Shown piece by piece: positions 38,603 through 48,309 of a stretch of 64,000 nucleotides of DNA. Made by a program: the position numbers and the translations under genes. This DNA is from Candidatus Methylomirabilis sp. (GTDB lineage: Bacteria > Methylomirabilota > Methylomirabilia > Methylomirabilales > Methylomirabilaceae), in contig JBGQJI010000001.1 in assembly GCA_041498975.1 (NCBI GenBank), positions 14,197 to 78,196 on the forward strand, read 5' to 3'. The notes below the pieces were generated by a model. That model saw nothing but the letters and a program-made list of their open reading frames with translations, was not told where the DNA came from and made no database searches. How positions within the stretch are numbered: the stretch's first letter is position 1; every line of letters starts with the position of its first letter.

Positions 38603-38716
38603 TCATCCGAAGAAGACTAGGAGCGCCCCGACCATCACAGCCACAATCGCCGCGATCAGTAGAATAAAGGGCCAATACGTCCGCCCAGGGTCGATCGGGG
38701 CCGGGCCAAAGGTCAT
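38603..38716 (-). CDS. Small single-TM hypothetical protein
   Basis: MTFGPAPIDPGRTYWPFILLIAAIVAVMVGALLVFFG; strong hydrophobic helix, weak SD. Confidence 0.4.
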   Translation of the reverse strand: MTFGPAPIDPGRTYWPFILLIAAIVAVMVGALLVFFG

Positions 38717-38849
38717 GGCAATCCATCCGCTTGCACGGCTGACACCCGTCTGAAGAGGGTGACTTTCTCGACGCTGGGCTGATCGTACCATCGATGGTCG
38801 GCAGCAAGACAGCGCAAACGACAATGGGCGGAAACGCTGTGGCATTGAC

Positions 38850-39452
38850 TCATGGATGGCCGAGAACCGTCTGGAGACCAAGCCGGACCATCATCACGCC
38901 GATCGCCGCCAGGAGGAGGTTCACGACCTTCGCGATAACGTTGAGGGTTCCACTGCCCACCATCGCCATGATCCACTCGGAGGCCCAGAGAGTCGCCCAG
39001 ACGATCCCGAGGTTGATCAGGAAAGCCGTTAGGGTGAGCCAGAAGCCGTGGCTATTCAAGAGGACAATCGAGGTGGTCAGGACTGCCGGTCCGACGATCA
39101 GTGGCATCGCTAGCGGAACCACGCCCAGCGCGTGGGATGGAAACCGTCGGGTCCGATCCTCGAAGAGGAGATCTGTGAGGGAAAGACAGAACAGCATGGC
39201 CCCACCGGCGATCTGGAAATCCGCCTCGGTGATGCCGAGGTAGCGGAAGATCGCGTTGCCAAGCAGCATGAAACCGGCCCCGATGAGGCCAGCCGCAAAG
39301 ATCGCCTGCCGGAAGGTCCGGTCCCGCTCCTGCTCGGACAGGCTCGCCGTCAAAGAGATAGAGATCGGAAGGATACCGAAGGCGTCGATCGCCACAAAAA
39401 GCGGGATGAAGGTGAGCAGAAAGGGCCGGATGAGGTTCACGCAGTAGGCCAA
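38850..39452 (-). CDS. MarC family membrane protein
   Basis: FI.LF..ID.FG..P, GI...DFQIAGG, VVPLAMPLIVGP. Confidence 0.92.
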   Translation of the reverse strand: MAYCVNLIRPFLLTFIPLFVAIDAFGILPISISLTASLSEQERDRTFRQAIFAAGLIGAGFMLLGNAIFRYLGITEADFQIAGGAMLFCLSLTDLLFEDRTRRFPSHALGVVPLAMPLIVGPAVLTTSIVLLNSHGFWLTLTAFLINLGIVWATLWASEWIMAMVGSGTLNVIAKVVNLLLAAIGVMMVRLGLQTVLGHP

Positions 39453-39453
39453 A

Positions 39454-40179
39454 TTACCGGTTCTGGTCCAGGGCCATGCGCAGAAGGTCGGGACGGTCGG
39501 TGATGATCCCGTCCACCCCGAGCCCGATGAAATGGCGCATCAGAGCAGGCTCGTTGACCACCCAGACAACGAGCTGGATGCCGGCGGCGCGACAGGCTTC
39601 CACCTCGGTCTTCGTGACGAGGGAGGCTTCCAGTGCTATGGCATCTGCGCTGACGGGGCCGGCGATCGCCGAAACGGAGACAGGCCGTCCGACCAGGAGC
39701 GCGGCGGTCCGGAGAGTCGGCTCGATCTCCTTCACTCGTTGCAGCGCATAATGGTCGAAGGAGGCAACGACCGTTTGCCCGATTGCCGAGCGCCGTCGCA
39801 ACGCCGAGACCACCTTCTCCTCGATGCCGGGAAAGAAGGCCGAGCCGGCTTTGACCTCTAGCGCAAGCGGAGCCCTTCCAGCGTACCGATCGAGCACCTC
39901 CTCGAGCACCGGGATTCGCTGGCCAGCAAAGCCCTCTCCGAACCAGCGGCCGGCGTCCAGCCGCTTGAGTTCCTCGAGGCTCCGCTCGTGGACTGGGCCA
40001 TGGCCGTCGGTGGTGCGATCAAGCGTGTCATCGTGAATCACGACCAGCTTCCCATCCCGACTCACGTGAAGGTCCAGTTCCAGGGCATCGGCTCCCAACT
40101 CGAGCGCCTTGTCAAAGGCGGCCATCGTGTTCTCCGGCGCGAGGGCCGACGCCCCCCGATGGGCGACGTTCAATGTCAT
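39454..40179 (-). CDS. Glycerophosphodiester phosphodiesterase
   Basis: AHRGAS..APENT, ELD, HD.TLDRTT, GVDGIITD.P. Confidence 0.95.
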   Translation of the reverse strand: MTLNVAHRGASALAPENTMAAFDKALELGADALELDLHVSRDGKLVVIHDDTLDRTTDGHGPVHERSLEELKRLDAGRWFGEGFAGQRIPVLEEVLDRYAGRAPLALEVKAGSAFFPGIEEKVVSALRRRSAIGQTVVASFDHYALQRVKEIEPTLRTAALLVGRPVSVSAIAGPVSADAIALEASLVTKTEVEACRAAGIQLVVWVVNEPALMRHFIGLGVDGIITDRPDLLRMALDQNR

Positions 40180-40560
40180 GGTGATCCTTTGGAGAATGAT
40201 CCAGAGGCGGACAAAACGTTTCTCACACCTCTCGACGATAGCTCTCAGACAATCAACATCCTAGTACACTCGTGTCAGGCGTGTAAAGCAAACAGTCAGA
40301 AGTTGAAAAAACACTTGACAGAAGAACCGAAGGCATGATACCTGTAGGCGAACTCTTAGCATATGAGACTGCAGCTTATAGCGTCATAGCTGGCTTCCAG
40401 AGTCCAAGGGGGGGCAAAGGGAGGTGAGAGGTCGGAAACGTCTTGGCCGTATTTCAGCGCTGATAGAGCATAGGGTCTGAGCTATTTCTGATCTATTTCG
40501 CGAGGATTGACTCGACAGACGGGGTGAAGCCCCCCCTGAATGGGGCGAGGAGGAGCAAAA

Positions 40561-41544
40561 ATGAGTTTTGGAACACACTTGCCGTTCCGTAAGAAGCTTC
40601 TGCTTTCCCTACTAGTAGTCCCCATTTTCCTTGTGGGGTGGGCTTTGGTTCCGATAAGCGAGGCAGGGTTCCAGTCCAACTTTTTCATGTCAAACAATGG
40701 GACTGGCTATTTTGCCTTCAGAGGTGACGGCGCAGTTGGCGAGCCGGCCCGCGTGAGCACGGTCGGCCTGGGCGCCAGCACCAGCGGTGTCAGCGGTTCA
40801 ACGACATCGGTCCAGGGTAACCCACTCCAGGCAGATGTCTCAATCAGCCCGCTATTTAGTGGCGCCAGCGTAAAGCATACAGGGGTTATCGGCAGTTGCA
40901 CCCTGCCGGGAACCTTTGACCCAGCCGCTAACTCAGGCAACGGCAAATGGACTATCGCCGGTCTCGGTGGGGATGGCGCTATCGATGGTTTCACCGATCC
41001 TCTCCTCACCAACACCCTCAGCACAGGGGGAGGCGGTGTGCCCAGTGCGGTTGCTTCAGGGAATCGGTACGCGTTTTCTGCTGGTCCAACGACGTCTGTC
41101 GCCAAGGGTGCCGCCCTCCCCGCTGATGGTTTCAGTATGAGCATCGGAAATTGTTTGGTCCTCGTCCTCAATAGCTCGTCGCTTCTCCTGCCGGGGACGA
41201 CCTTGAGTGGAGCCGGTGCAGTTGCTGGGTTCCTCGGCGGCAGCGACGCAGGATGTTCGGGCACCAACGGTAACTTCGCCTGCGCAACGGCAGCAAAGCA
41301 GGATAACGACTCAGTATTCTTAACAACCACGACCACATCGTCGACCTCGACGTCCACCTCGACCTCGACGTCCACCTCGAGCTCGACCACGACCTCGAGC
41401 ACGACGACGACCACCTCGAGCACGACGACAACTTCAACACCGAAGAAGATCCCAACCGCCGGGAACTGGGGTATGATCATCCTGGGGCTCGCCCTTATGG
41501 GGTCCATCGCCTGGATGCTGCAGGCCCGCAGATCTCTCCGGTAG
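40561..41544 (+). CDS. Secreted Gly/Ser/Thr-rich surface protein with IPTL-CTERM sorting signal
   Basis: SD GAGGAGG; N-terminal signal; ~38-residue poly-Thr/Ser linker; C-terminal IPTAGNWGMIILGLAL...ARRSLR (motif, TM, basic tail). Confidence 0.85.
   Translation: MSFGTHLPFRKKLLLSLLVVPIFLVGWALVPISEAGFQSNFFMSNNGTGYFAFRGDGAVGEPARVSTVGLGASTSGVSGSTTSVQGNPLQADVSISPLFSGASVKHTGVIGSCTLPGTFDPAANSGNGKWTIAGLGGDGAIDGFTDPLLTNTLSTGGGGVPSAVASGNRYAFSAGPTTSVAKGAALPADGFSMSIGNCLVLVLNSSSLLLPGTTLSGAGAVAGFLGGSDAGCSGTNGNFACATAAKQDNDSVFLTTTTTSSTSTSTSTSTSTSSSTTTSSTTTTTSSTTTTSTPKKIPTAGNWGMIILGLALMGSIAWMLQARRSLR
41341..41430 (+). repeat. 18-bp-unit tandem repeat encoding the Ser/Thr linker
   Basis: TCGACCTCGACGTCCACC twice, followed by degenerate TCGAGC... 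units. Confidence 0.75.
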
Positions 41545-41580
41545 TCGGTAGTTTCGAAGTACTGAATTTTCTCGATCAAG

Positions 41581-41608
41581 AAAAAACGGGGCGCTTGCCC
41601 CGTTTTTT
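41581..41608. terminator. Bidirectional intrinsic terminator
   Basis: AAAAAACGGGGC-GCTT-GCCCCGTTTTTT. Confidence 0.88.
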
Positions 41609-41625
41609 CTTTATGGAGGGCATCG

Positions 41626-43809
41626 ATCTTCTCGTCGAGCTCGAGCCCGCACGCAGTCCGAACTGACGGGGAAGAAGCCCCGCTAGCGAGTCGGAGGGCC
41701 AGGATCGAACTGGCCAGCTCACTGACTGCTCTCCTGCTCACGTACGCTCTCCTCCTCTGGTACCTCAAGCCTTCCCTCCTCCTGAATCCCACCATTACAG
41801 CGGGCGGAGACACGCTCTCGCATTATGTAGCGGCGAGGTATTTGCGGGATTATCTCCTCCCCAATGGGAAGATCGTCGGCTGGATGCCGGGTAATTTCGC
41901 AGGCTACCCAATCTTTCTCTTCTACTTCCCGCTCGCTTTCCTCCTGATCGCCAGCCTCAGCCTTGTCGTCCCGTTCCCTGTCGCCTTCAAGCTGGGAACG
42001 GTCGCCGGGACGCTTGGCCTGCCGATGGCCTCGCTCGCCGCGCTCCGCTGGATCGGTTGCCCATTCCCTATCCCTGCGCTGGGCGCAATCCTGACGCTTC
42101 CGTTCCTGTTCAACACAGGGAACAGTATGTGGGGCGGCAATATTCCCAGCACGCTGGCCGGCGAGTTCGCACACAGCCTCTCCCTCGCATTACTGGTGCT
42201 GTTTGTGGGCGCGCTCTACCGGGGTCTCCACACTAAGAGGAATGTCGCACGGTGCGCGATCCTTTTCGCCCTTGTCGGATTGGCGCATGGGCAGGGGCTG
42301 GTGATCGCGGCGGCGCTCGGGCTGTACTTCCTGGCCGTTGAGTCGGACTTTCGAGCCGCGCTTGCGTATCTGATGCGTGTGTATGCGATCGGCGGCCTGC
42401 TCCTCGGTTTCTGGCTGGTGCCTCTCCTCGCCTACATCTCCTACACGACCGGGTTCATCATTAGCTGGGTATTTGCATCCATCTTTGAGATCTTCCCACT
42501 TGTGCTGTGGCCCACGGTGGCGATGGCGGCAGCCGCGGTCGCTTGGGCGTTGCGGCAGAGACAGGGCGAGAAGGAGTGGCTCGGATGGGTCCACTACCTG
42601 ACCTTCCCCGTCGTCTTCTCGGCGCTCTTCTATTTCGTCGCCCCACGGCTCAACCTGGTGGACGTCAGATTTTTGGCCTTTGCGCAGTCCTTCCTCACGC
42701 TGCTGGCCGCGGTCGGACTTGGGCGCGTCCTCATGCGGCTACCCCAATCGTTGCGCGCCTGGGCGCCTCCAGTGGTCGCAATAATGGCGATCGCCTGGAT
42801 CGTGCCCCAGCAATCGTTCATCCCAGACTGGATCCGCTGGAACTACGAGGGGATGGAGAACAAGCCCTGGTGGCGATACTATAGTGTCGTCACCTCGATT
42901 GGCCTTGCCGGTGGCCCCCAGAGCCCGCGAGTCGCGTACGAACATTCTCCCCTGCACGACCAGGCAGGCACGATCAAGGCATTCGAGGCGCTGCCACTGT
43001 TCTCGGGGCGGCCCACTCTCGAAGGGGTATACCTGCAGGCCTCACCGAGCGCACCGTTCATCGCCTACATCCAATCCGAACTGACGGAGACCCCCTCCTG
43101 CCCCTTCTTGCCCTATCGCTGCACGACCTTTGACCCGACGCGGGCCCTCGCCCACCTCGAGCTCTTCAACGTCAAGGAGGTGATCGCCGTCAGCGAAAAG
43201 GTCAAGGCCGACCTGGCATCAAACCCAGGTTACCGCGAGGAGGGCGAGGTCGGGCCATACAAGCTCTTCGAGGTGCGCCAGGGGAGCGGCCACTACGTCG
43301 TGCCCATTCCGAACAGGCCGGCTCTGGTAAAGGATGCCGACTGGAAGCGCCTGGCCTACGACTGGTTTCAGAAGCCCGACTGGCTATCTGTCCCGCTCCT
43401 CTTTCTGCGGCGGGGCGAACCGACGCCCCCAGAAACGGTGCCGTTCCGTGGTCTCGACGAGGGGCCGGTGAAGCAGGCCTTTCCGTCGGAGTGCCAGGTA
43501 AGAGATGCGCTGGGAAATGAGGAGGTCCGATTCGAGACCGATTGTCCGGGGCGGCCGCATCTGATCAAGGTCTCTTACCACCCCAAGTGGTTCGTCGAGG
43601 GGGCCGATCGGGTGTACTTAGTCTCCCCGGCGTTCATGCTGGTCTATCCCAGGGCGCGGCAGGTCCGGCTCGTGTTTGGCAACCGCTGGCCCGACTACGT
43701 CGGACGCGCAGCCACGGCGCTCGGCCTCTTGTGGCTCGTGATTGAGGCATTTGTTCTTCCTGTCAGAAAGCGATACGGCCAGCCTCCGCCCGGCAAACCC
43801 GTCAAGTAA
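41626..43809 (+). CDS. PTPS-related (YfhO-like, GT-C-type) polytopic membrane protein; non-canonical start probable
   Basis: TAGGD..SH, GW.PGN.AGYP...FYFP, WGGNIPSTLAGEFAHS, WNYEG.E.K. Similarity to the 44823 paralog extends upstream of TTG 41842; frame open from 41566. Confidence 0.8.
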   Translation: MFSSSSSPHAVRTDGEEAPLASRRARIELASSLTALLLTYALLLWYLKPSLLLNPTITAGGDTLSHYVAARYLRDYLLPNGKIVGWMPGNFAGYPIFLFYFPLAFLLIASLSLVVPFPVAFKLGTVAGTLGLPMASLAALRWIGCPFPIPALGAILTLPFLFNTGNSMWGGNIPSTLAGEFAHSLSLALLVLFVGALYRGLHTKRNVARCAILFALVGLAHGQGLVIAAALGLYFLAVESDFRAALAYLMRVYAIGGLLLGFWLVPLLAYISYTTGFIISWVFASIFEIFPLVLWPTVAMAAAAVAWALRQRQGEKEWLGWVHYLTFPVVFSALFYFVAPRLNLVDVRFLAFAQSFLTLLAAVGLGRVLMRLPQSLRAWAPPVVAIMAIAWIVPQQSFIPDWIRWNYEGMENKPWWRYYSVVTSIGLAGGPQSPRVAYEHSPLHDQAGTIKAFEALPLFSGRPTLEGVYLQASPSAPFIAYIQSELTETPSCPFLPYRCTTFDPTRALAHLELFNVKEVIAVSEKVKADLASNPGYREEGEVGPYKLFEVRQGSGHYVVPIPNRPALVKDADWKRLAYDWFQKPDWLSVPLLFLRRGEPTPPETVPFRGLDEGPVKQAFPSECQVRDALGNEEVRFETDCPGRPHLIKVSYHPKWFVEGADRVYLVSPAFMLVYPRARQVRLVFGNRWPDYVGRAATALGLLWLVIEAFVLPVRKRYGQPPPGKPVK

Positions 43810-44101
43810 GTGGCTCGCGGCTCGTCCCCCTCTCATGGTAAGAGTCCAAGAGCACTCCATTTTTGCCTTGACGCACATGGCCTGCTCCGGCTAGCATCCG
43901 TGAATCGGAGAGTAAGGGCGTGTCGGTCCCTTTCGCGCCCCAGCTCGCTCCTTCGAGGGGGCTTGCAGAAAGGAATCGAGGCTCCTGGCTGATTCCCTCC
44001 TCTCAGGCGGAAGCGTTTCACGTTATCCGAGGTCCGTTCGCTGGGCAACCGTGGCTGGGCGCGCCGCAGGAAGGCGTGGTTGACTGCGGTCCCACGAGAC
44101 C

Positions 44102-44830
44102 GTGTCGAAAGACCCGCTCACTGTCTCCCTTATCATCCCAACCTATTGCCAGCGCGCGCGCACTGGACGGGCCGCCGCCGCCGCGATGGAGTTTTTGCGA
44201 TCGCGGTTCTTCGAGCAGGCAGAGCTGATCGTCGTGGACGACGGGAGCCCGCCCGGCCAGGGTGTCGCGGCCGGCGACCTGCCCTCCGGGACGATGCTGA
44301 TCCGTCACCAGCGGAACCTTGGCAAAGGGGGGGCGGTGCGGAGCGGAGTCCTCCGGGCTCGCGGCAGCTACATCGTTTTTACCGACTCCGACCTCCCCTT
44401 TTCGCTCGAACCGCTCGACACCACGCTCGACTGGCTTCGCGAGGACACCGATATCGTTATCGGCGAGCGACAACACCTTGAGCCGTCCCCTGACATCGAG
44501 GTCACGTGGGCGCGGCACCTATCGAGCGTCGTCTATACCTGGATGGTCCACAACCTACTCGGCCTCGACTATCCGGACATACAGTGCGGGTACAAAGGGT
44601 ACCGCGCTGCCGTGGCGAAGGATCTTTTCGGACGCCTCGAGGTCACGAGCTTTGCGTTCGAGGCCGAGATCATGATCCGGGCGCAGAAGGCAGGGTATCG
44701 GATTCGCCGGCTGCCGGTGAGGCTGGTGCACAACGAGGATTCGTCGGTTCGCCTGACCAGACACGCTCCACGGATGATCATCGACACCCTCCGCATCGCC
44801 TGGCGGGCGCGGCGCGGCGCCTATGACTGA
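44102..44830 (+). CDS. GT2 glycosyltransferase, polyprenyl-phosphate sugar synthase (Alg5/DPM-like)
   Basis: SLIIP.Y, VVDDGS, N.GKG.AVR.G, FTDSD, D.QCG.K, F.FE.E. Confidence 0.9.
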   Translation: MSKDPLTVSLIIPTYCQRARTGRAAAAAMEFLRSRFFEQAELIVVDDGSPPGQGVAAGDLPSGTMLIRHQRNLGKGGAVRSGVLRARGSYIVFTDSDLPFSLEPLDTTLDWLREDTDIVIGERQHLEPSPDIEVTWARHLSSVVYTWMVHNLLGLDYPDIQCGYKGYRAAVAKDLFGRLEVTSFAFEAEIMIRAQKAGYRIRRLPVRLVHNEDSSVRLTRHAPRMIIDTLRIAWRARRGAYD

Positions 44831-47414
44831 GCGGCGCAGCCCTGCCTGGGGCGAGATGGCTGCCAGCGCGTGCCTCCTCGGCCTCGCCTGGGCCTTCCTG
44901 CTTCACTACTTCAGGCCCTCCCTCCTGTTGCTCGACACGATGGTCTCGGGCGGCGACACACCCTCTTTCCTTCGCCCGGTCCATCACCTCCGCGACGTGC
45001 TCCTGCCCGCCGGAAACCCGCTTGGCTGGGACCTTGGCAATCTGGGTGGCTACGCCCCCTACCAATTCTACTTCCTGCCGCCCTCCCTCGCGGTCCTCGC
45101 GCTCTCGAAGCTGATCCCGCTGAACGTGGCCTTCAAGCTCGTCACGGTGGCGGGGACGTTCCTCCTCCCCCTCACCACGATGGTCGCGCTTCGGGCGCTC
45201 GGATACGTGCCGCCTGTGCCGGCGCTCGGGGCCGTCGCGAGCCTCATCTTCCTCTTTAACGAGGGCAACTCGATGTGGGGCGGCAACATCCCCAGTACGC
45301 TCGCCGGCGAGTTCGCCCACAGCCTCGGGTTCGCCCTCGCGGTCCTGTTCATAGGACTGCTCTACCGCGGCATCGAGGAGCAGCGCGGTTGGCGCTCGCG
45401 GGCCGCTGTCCTTGCCCTTGCCGGTCTCTGCCATCCGGTCGCGTTTCTCAATGCGGTGACGACGGGCCTTTTTTTCCTGTTCGACCGGAGGCGTTTCGTC
45501 CGCAACCTTCGCTACCTCGTTGCCGTCTACGGCGGCGCGGTGCTCCTCATGGCGTTCTGGCTTCTGCCCCTCATCGCCAAGCTGGGCTACGCGACCTCGA
45601 TCAACTGGAAGTGGATCTTCCAGTCCTGGCGCGAGATCCTGCCCCGCATTCTCTGGCCGGTGGTCGCGCTGGCCGCCCTCGACATGGTCTGGATGGCGGC
45701 GCGGCCCCGCCCCGCCGACCGCCCCGCGCGCTATCTCCTATTCGGCGCGGCGGCGGCGGTGGTGAGCTTCTTCAACGGCACAGAGGTCGGGCTCCCCGAG
45801 ATCCGGTTCGTGCCCTTCGCATATTTCCTCACGATCCTGCTCGCGCTGGACGTCATCGCCCGCGTCCTGCCGGAGACACGCATGCCCCTCCTGGTAGCGT
45901 TCCCGGTCGCACTCGCCATCCTCGTTTGGGTGCAGGCCTGCACAGCCTTCGTCCCGAACTGGATCCGATGGAACTATGAAGGGGCGGAGCGTAAGCCGTC
46001 GTACGCGCTTTTGCGCTCGATCGCCGACGCCGTCCGCGGCAGCATCAGCGACCCGCGCGTCGCCTATGAGAACTCGCCCTTGCACGATCGCTTCGGCAGT
46101 ATGCGGATCTTTGAGAGCCTTCCGCTGCTCTCGGGACGGGCCACCCTCGAGGGCGTCCTCCTGCAGACATCCGTCATGTCCCCATTCATCTACTGGCTGC
46201 AATCCCAGATCTCGAAGCAGGGGACCGGGGTGATTCCCGGCTACAGCTACCCGTCGCTCGACCTGGCGCGCGCAACCGCTCGCCTGCAGTTGCTCAACGC
46301 GAGCGACATGATCGCCGTCACGCCGGAGGTCACAACAGCGCTCGACCACGATCCGCGGTGGGAACGCATCTTCTCGAGCCCCCCCTACGTCATCTTCCAT
46401 CTGAAGGACGCCGACCGGCACTACGTGCGCGTGCCTCGCTACCGTCCCGTGCTTGTCGAGACCGGCCGCTGGAAGAAGGACTTCCACCGCTGGTTTGCGA
46501 CCGACGCCGCGCTCGACGTGCCGATCGTGGCGGCCAGCCATGTGCCGCCGGCCGAGCGCGCCAAGTTCCCGCTCCTGAGCCGCTCACCATCGGACCTGCC
46601 GCACGAGGCCCTCCCGACGAACTGCAAGATAGACGAGCGCGTCGATCATCTTGCGATCGAGTTCACGACCACCTGCCCCGGACTCCCCCACCTGGTCGCG
46701 GTCTCGTACTATCCCAACTGGCGTGTCGAAGGGGCGAGCCGCGTCTTCCTCGCAAGCCCGGCATTCATGCTTATCTTCCCCGACGGCCCCCACGTGCGCC
46801 TCACATTCCGCCGCATCGCGGTGGATTGGCTGGGGATCGCGCTGAGCCTGGTCGGCGTAGGGCTCTGCCTCGTCCCGGCCCGGTGGGCGCTTGCCGTCGG
46901 CGAGCCCTCGGGGGCGACAGCCCGCGCGCTCGAGGCCGCACAGCCTTACCTCGTCAGGGGCATGGTGGCCGTGATCCTCGCGGCCACGGCCCTGCACGTA
47001 GCCCGCGATCTCGGCCCCTCGTACTACTACCAGCTTGGCTGGAAGGCCTTCGAGAAGGGGGACTACACGATATCGCGTCGGCACTTCGAGCGGGCCATCT
47101 TTTTAGGCGGCGAGTCGAATACCGCCGCCGATGCCACCTTCTTCCGGGCCGCGAGCTTGCTTCGCGCCGGCAACCCCGCCGCCGCGCTCGCAGTCTACCA
47201 GACCGTGATCGACCGCTTCCCCGACAGCACCTGGGTCGCCGAGAGCCACTACCACGTCGGACTCTGCCTGCGGCAGCTCGGACGGTTGAGCGAGGCCAAG
47301 GACCGGTTCCGTTACGTCATCACCACCTACCCAGGAAACCGCTGGGCCTGCTTCGCCGACGAGCAGCTCCGACAACTGAACGGGGAGCCACCGCCGCAGG
47401 TGCCGTGTGTCTAA
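44823..47414 (+). CDS. PTPS-related GT-C-type membrane protein with C-terminal TPR domain
   Basis: Paralog of 41626-43809 (identical GNSMWGGNIPSTLAGEFAHSL); C-terminal TPR repeats (YQTVIDRFPDS, VITTYPGN). Confidence 0.85.
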   Translation: MTERRSPAWGEMAASACLLGLAWAFLLHYFRPSLLLLDTMVSGGDTPSFLRPVHHLRDVLLPAGNPLGWDLGNLGGYAPYQFYFLPPSLAVLALSKLIPLNVAFKLVTVAGTFLLPLTTMVALRALGYVPPVPALGAVASLIFLFNEGNSMWGGNIPSTLAGEFAHSLGFALAVLFIGLLYRGIEEQRGWRSRAAVLALAGLCHPVAFLNAVTTGLFFLFDRRRFVRNLRYLVAVYGGAVLLMAFWLLPLIAKLGYATSINWKWIFQSWREILPRILWPVVALAALDMVWMAARPRPADRPARYLLFGAAAAVVSFFNGTEVGLPEIRFVPFAYFLTILLALDVIARVLPETRMPLLVAFPVALAILVWVQACTAFVPNWIRWNYEGAERKPSYALLRSIADAVRGSISDPRVAYENSPLHDRFGSMRIFESLPLLSGRATLEGVLLQTSVMSPFIYWLQSQISKQGTGVIPGYSYPSLDLARATARLQLLNASDMIAVTPEVTTALDHDPRWERIFSSPPYVIFHLKDADRHYVRVPRYRPVLVETGRWKKDFHRWFATDAALDVPIVAASHVPPAERAKFPLLSRSPSDLPHEALPTNCKIDERVDHLAIEFTTTCPGLPHLVAVSYYPNWRVEGASRVFLASPAFMLIFPDGPHVRLTFRRIAVDWLGIALSLVGVGLCLVPARWALAVGEPSGATARALEAAQPYLVRGMVAVILAATALHVARDLGPSYYYQLGWKAFEKGDYTISRRHFERAIFLGGESNTAADATFFRAASLLRAGNPAAALAVYQTVIDRFPDSTWVAESHYHVGLCLRQLGRLSEAKDRFRYVITTYPGNRWACFADEQLRQLNGEPPPQVPCV

Positions 47415-48309
47415 AGTCGTTGTCACCGGCGCCGGCGGCTTCATCGGCACGGCCCTCGTCCCACGGCTCCTCGCGACCGGCCACCTTCCGCGCCTCTTCG
47501 TGCGTTGGCCGCCCGCGGCGCCTCTCGCCGCGCCGGCCGAGGTCATGCAAGGCGATCTGACATCCGCTGCGAGTCTCCGCGCCGCGGTCGAAGGGGCGGA
47601 CGCGGTCGTACACCTCGGCGCGGCAACCTCGGCGGGGCGCCTGGATCCCACCCTTGCCTACCGCGTGAACGTCGGCGGCGCAACCGCCCTCATCGAGGCC
47701 TGCCGCGCCGCCGGTTGCCGGCGCGTCGTTGTCCTCAGCACGCAGCACGTCTACCTGAAACGGTGTGGCGCCTATGGACGTACGAAGCGAATCGCGGACG
47801 CTCTGTTTTCCAGCTCGGGGCTTGAGGTGACGATCCTCCGGCCAAGCCTCGTGTACGGCCCCGGCTCGCGTGGGGTGTTCGTGAAGCTTACGGGCCTCCT
47901 CCGCCGGCTTCCCGTGATTCCCGTCATCGGCCCCGGGACATGGCACTTGCGGCCCGTCTATCTTGGCGACCTGGTCGAGCTGATCGTCCAGACGCTCGCG
48001 CGCCCCGAGGTGAGCGGGCGGACCTACGACGTGGGTGGCCCGGAGCGCATCACCTATACCGGCTTTCTCGGCGCGATCTGCGCGGCGCTCGGCCGGCCCT
48101 GCCGGCGCGTGCACATCCCGCTGGTCGTTGGCTTCGCGCTGGCCTGGCTCCTCGAGCGCCTGCTCGCGAACCCCCCGCTGACGGTCGATAACGTGTACGG
48201 CTCGCTGCTCGACGTCCCCTGCGACCTAAGGGCGCTGATGCGCGACTTCCACCCAACGTTGACGCCGCTCGCCGTCGGGCTTCGCCGCACATTCGCCGAG
48301 GCAACATGA
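47407..48309 (+). CDS. NAD-dependent epimerase/dehydratase (extended/atypical SDR)
   Basis: VTGAGGFIG, YGRTK, LRPSLVYG. Confidence 0.9.
   Translation: MSKVVVTGAGGFIGTALVPRLLATGHLPRLFVRWPPAAPLAAPAEVMQGDLTSAASLRAAVEGADAVVHLGAATSAGRLDPTLAYRVNVGGATALIEACRAAGCRRVVVLSTQHVYLKRCGAYGRTKRIADALFSSSGLEVTILRPSLVYGPGSRGVFVKLTGLLRRLPVIPVIGPGTWHLRPVYLGDLVELIVQTLARPEVSGRTYDVGGPERITYTGFLGAICAALGRPCRRVHIPLVVGFALAWLLERLLANPPLTVDNVYGSLLDVPCDLRALMRDFHPTLTPLAVGLRRTFAEAT

Noticed and set aside
40405-40450. c-di-GMP-I riboswitch upstream of the IPTL-CTERM gene (GGCAAA, GAAA)
   Set aside because: Lacks the paired P2 stem and the GACGCAAAG segment.
40707-41813. 368-aa minus-strand ORF with poly-Val/Glu
   Set aside because: Antisense translation of the Thr/Ser linker repeat.
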